Under the pieces are notes generated by a model. It saw only the letters and a list, made by a program, of their open reading frames with translations, searched no databases and was not told where the DNA came from. A program made the position numbers and the translations under genes. Below, one piece after another: positions 62,719-64,000 of a DNA stretch of 64,000 nt (positions within the stretch are counted from its first letter, which is position 1; each line of letters opens with the position of its first letter). Where the stretch lies: assembly GCA_963824385.1 (NCBI GenBank), contig CAWGPD010000003.1, positions 128,001 through 192,000 of the forward strand, in the 5' to 3' direction. This stretch comes from an uncultured Nitrososphaerota archaeon (GTDB taxonomy: Archaea; Thermoproteota; Nitrososphaeria; Nitrososphaerales; Nitrosopumilaceae).

Positions 62719-64000
62719 TTATTTTATGTTGTGCATAGCCTTGAGATCTTTTGCAAATTGTTCCAATCCTTGAGGGATTGCAATCTCTATGGTATCCTTT
62801 AATGACAAATTCATGCTCTTTTTCTTGTTCCATACTTCGGAATTAAATTCCGTAATCTCTTTTGTATATTTTGTCCAGTCCTCATGTCCTTCATGTTCTA
62901 CAAATTTTTCATGGTGGATTGTTTTTTGCGAATAGAGATTTTGCCATAGATGATCTGTAATAAACGGAGTAATTGGTGCAAGCAATATCAAAACAGAAGA
63001 CAACACCTTGTGCAGTGTAAAGATTGCACCGTCTCGCTCTTCTTCTGTAAAGTCAGAGCTGTATGCTCTTCCCTTGACCATTTCAATATAGTGTGCCGCA
63101 AACAAATTCCATGTAAATTCTCTTAATGCTGTAGCTGGAATAAAGAAATTATATTCGCTATAACCCTTTTTGCATTCTAAAATTACTTTGTCAAGTTCTG
63201 AGAGTATCCACTTGTCAGAGGCACTAGGTTTTCCAGACTTTACTATGTTAAATCCAGAAAGAAATCTTGAAACATTCCAAAGTTTGCTTAGGAATTTTTT
63301 TGTAGTCTCTATCTTTTGCTCAGAGCATCTAAAGTCATATCCTACATTTATCTCACTTGCACTCCAGAATCGAAATGTATCTGCACCAAATTTTTGTATG
63401 ACAGGCAAAGGATCAATTACATTTCCTTTACTTTTGCTCATCTTTGCACCATGCTCGTCTACCCCATAGCCCATAATCCATGCATCACTCCATGGGGTCT
63501 TGCCAGTGAGTTTCTCACATCGTAGTATGGTATAGTATAGCCACGTACGCACGATATCCTTTGACTGGGGTCGTATGGTAGTAGGATATGTCTTGTTAAA
63601 AAATGCCTCATCTTGCTTGTATTTTGTTATATACAAAGGAGATACGGACGAGTCCATCCAGGTGTCAAATGTACGCTGCTCTCCTACAAATTCTGTAGAA
63701 TCACACTTTGTACATTTTGGAATAGGACAGAAATCCTTCCAAGGCCTGTAATATTTCCCAGGTTCGGGAACATGCGGCTCGTTGCATTTTTTGCAATACC
63801 ATATTGGGATCTCAGTTCCATAAAATCTTCTTCTAGATATTGGCCAGTCAATTGAGATTGATTCTAACCAGTTCATCAATATTTGCTTGTGCATTGGTGG
63901 ATGGAAATTAATTTTCATTCCAAGATCTTTAATTTTATCAACTGAATCTTTTTGTTTTAGATAATATTCCTCCATGGATATTATCTCAATTGCAGTCTTG
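62719..64000 (-). CDS. valS: valyl-tRNA synthetase, 3' part (5' end outside window)
   Basis: DWPISRRR.YG, FDTWMDSS, KMSKSKGN, anticodon-binding helices. Confidence 0.93.
   Translation of the reverse strand, partial: KTAIEIISMEEYYLKQKDSVDKIKDLGMKINFHPPMHKQILMNWLESISIDWPISRRRFYGTEIPIWYCKKCNEPHVPEPGKYYRPWKDFCPIPKCTKCDSTEFVGEQRTFDTWMDSSVSPLYITKYKQDEAFFNKTYPTTIRPQSKDIVRTWLYYTILRCEKLTGKTPWSDAWIMGYGVDEHGAKMSKSKGNVIDPLPVIQKFGADTFRFWSASEINVGYDFRCSEQKIETTKKFLSKLWNVSRFLSGFNIVKSGKPSASDKWILSELDKVILECKKGYSEYNFFIPATALREFTWNLFAAHYIEMVKGRAYSSDFTEEERDGAIFTLHKVLSSVLILLAPITPFITDHLWQNLYSQKTIHHEKFVEHEGHEDWTKYTKEITEFNSEVWNKKKSMNLSLKDTIEIAIPQGLEQFAKDLKAMHNIK

Overview
AT-rich archaeal chromosome window from an ammonia-oxidising thaumarchaeote (Nitrososphaerota), probably Nitrosotalea-like. 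This is inferred from gene content: PEF(G)-CTERM proteins, 'IPNWVK...QYL' C-terminal anchors, Roadblock-like and 'DCYEHPEYL' signalling domains. Housekeeping genes (coaD, trpS, pheS/pheT, pdxS/pdxT, aconitase, valS 3' part, a two-intron tRNA-Trp) are interleaved with accessory blocks of signal-transduction genes, secreted repeat proteins and many unannotated microproteins. Main observations: (1) a duplicated ~80-nt structured small-RNA-like element, with its own conserved promoter spacing and T-tract, lying head-to-head with paralogous 'DCYEHPEYL' genes; (2) two operator/TATA regulons, one apparently run by an autoregulated wHTH plus membrane-protein pair controlling secreted proteins; (3) a two-hairpin H/ACA-like ncRNA candidate; (4) most gene-breaking indels fall at AGCT, suggesting methylation-induced sequencing errors rather than true pseudogenes. 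No CRISPR array, rRNA or transposase was found. All product calls come from motif recognition by eye; no database searches were run.
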